Source of the DNA: Paramoeba atlantica
Taxonomy: Eukaryota; Protista; Discosea
NCBI GenBank assembly: GCA_977017575.1
Contig: CDRNVI010000147.1
Coordinates: 1-64,000 of the forward strand
Direction: 5' to 3'
Length of the DNA: 64,000 nucleotides
The position numbers and the translations under genes are program-made. Below the pieces are notes generated by a model. The model saw nothing but the letters and a program-made list of their open reading frames with translations. It was not told the origin of the DNA and did no database searches. Numbering within the stretch: position 1 is the stretch's first letter; each line of letters starts with the position of its first letter. This document shows, piece by piece, positions 61,018 to 64,000 of the stretch.

Positions 61018-61891
61018 TCATTCTTTATATTCTTGGTAGGTGTTCTTTATAAAAAGTGTGTTCTTTATAAAAAGTGTGTTCTTAAGCTTGTGAATTTTAT
61101 TAAGCAAAGAATGTAAAGTCACTGGAGGCAGTAGTTTTGTTCGCTCCCGCCCACCTCCCCACGCCGTGTGCCGGCGAACACCCACTCGTAAGTCAGGAAG
61201 TACTGCCGGGCCATCTCCTAAAGGTCCTCGCCGGTGTTCTCGGTACGTGGCAGCCTCGAGAAGAGAAATGAAACTTCTGAGAATAGCGTCAGGATCCTGC
61301 TGATTGTTGTTGTTATTGTTCATGATGAAAAGCAGAACTGAGTAAAAAGGAAGCGCTGAGACTTTTATCTGCTTTGATGGTGGTGGTTTAAGTTTTCTCT
61401 CGTGTTTTGACCCCGAGTGTGGGCTAGATTTGATTCGAATAGCTTCTTGTGTCTGACTTGAATTGGGAGAAGCTCTGGGTCGCAGCTGCATTCCGTTTGA
61501 AAGCTTCTTTATGACTGGAGGTTCCTGCGTTTTAGAGGCTGTCACACTGGAATACTTGTCCTCTTCGTCTCGATGCTTATCGTGTCCTTGATCCGGCGTT
61601 GTGTCTACACCTATCTCTTCCACGACGCGTGTTAGTTTCTCGTTCCACTCTTTCGATGTGTGTGCGGGTATGCCTGTTGTATAAAGCAAATCGTTGTATG
61701 TACTTGGCTTGTTGTTCGTGAGTTTTTCGTTAGCGGCAAATTGGTTCCATGATCCGAGTTCATGCCTGTTAGCTTCTCTGGTGAAATCAACATTCTGGTC
61801 TTCGTAGTCGCGTTCTCTGCAGGTGAATTGACGCGTGAACATTCGGTTTTTGAATAGAATAGATATAATGAAATCAACAAGGTACAGAAAC
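61018..61891 (-). pseudogene. SL-headed 5' fragment of a CRE-like element (ATG 61842), joined to unrelated sequence
   Basis: SL remnant at 61875-61891. NRHELGSWNQF...STYNDLLYTTGIP matches the 57207 and 21152 N-termini. No RT. Confidence 0.75.
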
Positions 61892-61894
61892 AAC

Positions 61895-62573
61895 GGCTAG
61901 GGGGGACCTTCGATGAATCTTCGTCGAAGGTGTTTTTGACTTTTTTTGACTTTTTTTCTGTATTGTTAGATAACGTCCCGCCCACCCACCGGCCCCCGCG
62001 CCGGCCAGGCGCGATGCCCTATCGTATAGTTTTGATTTTTTTTAAGACCCTTTCTTTTGTTAAGACTTTTTTTGACTTTTTTAACTTTTTGTTTTTGAAC
62101 GAATTTTTCCATTGGCTGTTGAAAACACGTTGCATGAAACATATAATTTCATTTTAATTTCAATAATTTTTTGTTTTTTTGTCTGAATTCTGACTTTCCG
62201 TTTTCTTTCACATTTTGGCTTGGGGGTACGTTCGTTGATTTCTCAACGAACGTACCCTGTGACCGTAAAAAATCTGCAGGACCTTAGAGGGAGGAGGAAG
62301 AAAGGCCCAACTGATAACTACTTGATAATCTTGACCAACTACCTTGATAACAAATTTTAGTACCCATTCGTGGGAAGCAATTTGCGAAGCCCAACTACCT
62401 TGATAACAAATTTTAGTACCCATTTTGGCCGCGCGGGGGCCCCCGCGTGAGCGGGGGTGCGCGCGGCCGCGAAACGGCGAGGGCCCGCGTGAGCGGGCCT
62501 GAGCCGTACCCCGCGTAGGGTTCCCCTGTGCGTCGTTAGTGGGAAGCAATTTGCGAAGCTCACTGAATTTCGT
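61895..62573. mobile_element. Diverged partial relative of the satellite-embedded TIR element
   Basis: Hairpin ACCTTCGATGA-ATCT-TCGTCGAAGGT (61905-61930) resembles the TIR motif; AAGGCCCAACT at ~62302; 208-bp module at 62366-62573. Confidence 0.55.
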
Positions 62574-62574
62574 T

Positions 62575-62720
62575 CTTTCGGTTCTCCCCTATACAGCGCA
62601 CATGTTGGTATTTGCTTATAACCATCCCACAACGGCGTCCCTGTCGCTATTCTGCGCATCTTATTGACTTCTGTGTCAAGTATCTTTAATTCTACACCTG
62701 TCGGAATCAAAGAGGCTAAA
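62575..62720 (-). pseudogene. Short LINE post-RT fragment; 62575-62656 is identical to 63919-64000
   Basis: LDTEVNKMRRIATGTPLWDG...ALY aligns with LIDCEVNRMRRLALGVRTWDG...ALY in the 29408 ORF. Confidence 0.75.
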
Positions 62721-62899
62721 CCGTTACCTTAGGTAATGCAAATAAGGCGCCCCTTGACCAAAAAAAAAACCACTCTATCTTTTGAGGGTGGATATAAAAA
62801 AAAACACATCACACATTCCAAAAATTTGACCGAATGGCACCCACCCTAGTTTCTTAGTACCTTGTTATATATTCGGTACCGGGCGGTGCCACCCATTCT

Positions 62900-64000
62900 G
62901 CATTGTCGGAAAGTCCATCATAATGACCCAGTTGATATGCGCGACGGTAATTGTGCCAGAAATTCCATGTATGCTCGGAGTGTACGTGTACTATGAAAGA
63001 TACTTCTCTTGACCAGTTGATAATGCCAATAAGAAAGTTGAAAGCTCTGCCCGTATTGGTGTTGCGTTAATAGAGTCCAACGTTTTGTCGTTAGTCGCTA
63101 GAATCTCGTTTCCTTCGAAGGCTACAGCACATGCCCCTGCGAATATATTGTTCGAAAGCTTTCTCACTGAACCATCACAATATATATGAAGCAAGTTGTT
63201 ATGGGGCCAAAGTGTCTCACCCTCCTCTTGAAACTGCAATGCGTGCCATTTTTCCAGAGAGTTTTGATTCGATTGCAGAATCTTTGCAACTTCTGCTATT
63301 CTTTTAGTTGAATCAAAAGGATTATAATAGGCGATAGGTTCTAGTCGTTGGTACAAATTCTGAATAAGATTACGCCAAGAACATCGATCAAGTGCCCGTT
63401 CGTGCATTTCTATTGGATCTATTGCTAGATCCTGGGCACAAGCTTCAGACAATGAGCGTATGCGTGCCTCTTCCCTTATGTTCCATAATGCAACATTCGC
63501 AAAAGGGGAATCATGCCGCAAAAGAAAGTCGCAACATATGTGGACTCCAATTTAATTCCGCGCGAGCAATTCGTATGCCTACCGCTTTTGACAGGTGGTG
63601 CCATGAACAAGAGCACTATAAATTTCCTCCATAGCCTCGCGGATGCAAACGGATTCGAACGCCGTCATATTCTTGAGGACTTCAAGTTGCTTCTTCAAGA
63701 ATTGAACGGAGCTCTCCTGGCTTCGCAACTGCGAAAGACAATGCAATAAAACAGGTCATCTCATATTACAAGATGTTATTATTACAAGATTTTATCATTA
63801 CTAAGATCACTATCAGATTACAACCAAACATTAAATGGCATTTTCCATACTTCATCTCATGGTCTTAGCAAAAGGTGTCCAACTAGTTTAGCGCGGTTGA
63901 CTCTCAGGAGCGTTGAAACTTTCGGTTCTCCCCTATACAGCGCACATGTTGGTATTTGCTTATAACCATCCCACAACGGCGTCCCTGTCGCTATTCTGCG
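62900..64000 (-). pseudogene. Degenerate RNase H-bearing LINE fragment, split by the 63525-63867 insertion
   Basis: Removing the insert and one GCAAAAG joins AKLVGHLL to RHDSPF. RNase H IYCDGS and RAELST are present, then a frameshift near 62995. Confidence 0.8.
63525..63867 (+). mobile_element. 343-bp 5'-truncated CRE-like 3'-end insertion with a 7-bp TSD
   Basis: GCAAAAG at 63518-63524 and 63868-63874. The encoded KVATYV...FKLLLQELNGALLASQLRK resembles the C-termini of the 50186 and 57207 ORFs. Confidence 0.75.

Noticed and set aside
62849-62867. Additional SL remnant (AGTTTCTTAGTACCTTGTT)
   Set aside because: Needs a 2-nt insertion, lacks the final G, and no ATG-led element follows; at best a degenerate copy.

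Overview
Eukaryotic, gene-free repeat and retroelement region, most likely from a euglenozoan (kinetoplastid/diplonemid type), because a 39-nt spliced-leader (SL)-like sequence, AATCTTTAACGATAAAGATACAGTTTCTGTACCTTGTTG, occurs here in full or 5'-truncated form seven times (six distinct loci). Layout: (1) 1-20274 is a near-perfect 18-bp satellite (AGTGGTCTTAATACAAAA). It is interrupted by two copies of a 1299-bp TIR element with 8-bp target-site duplications (TSDs) and by a 342-bp insert, and it ends in 19-bp variant units. (2) 20275-29000 holds a structured poly(A)-tailed non-coding segment, an SL-headed CRE-clade RT/restriction-like-endonuclease (REL) retrotransposon fused to a LINE RNase H fragment, and a tyrosine-recombinase (YR)-RT-RNase H element. 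(3) 29869-46924 is a 22-copy, 748-bp tandem array of a LINE RNase H domain. (4) 47000-64000 holds a ~177-bp satellite and a pile of SL-headed CRE-like elements and nested fragments. The main candidate novelty is CRE-like retrotransposons that appear to integrate as SL-trans-spliced, polyadenylated mRNAs: one copy runs SL to ORF to poly(A) to transduced DNA to poly(A), between 12-bp TSDs. No housekeeping genes, tRNA, rRNA or CRISPR were recognised. All calls are by eye, no database searches were run, and fragment boundaries are approximate.
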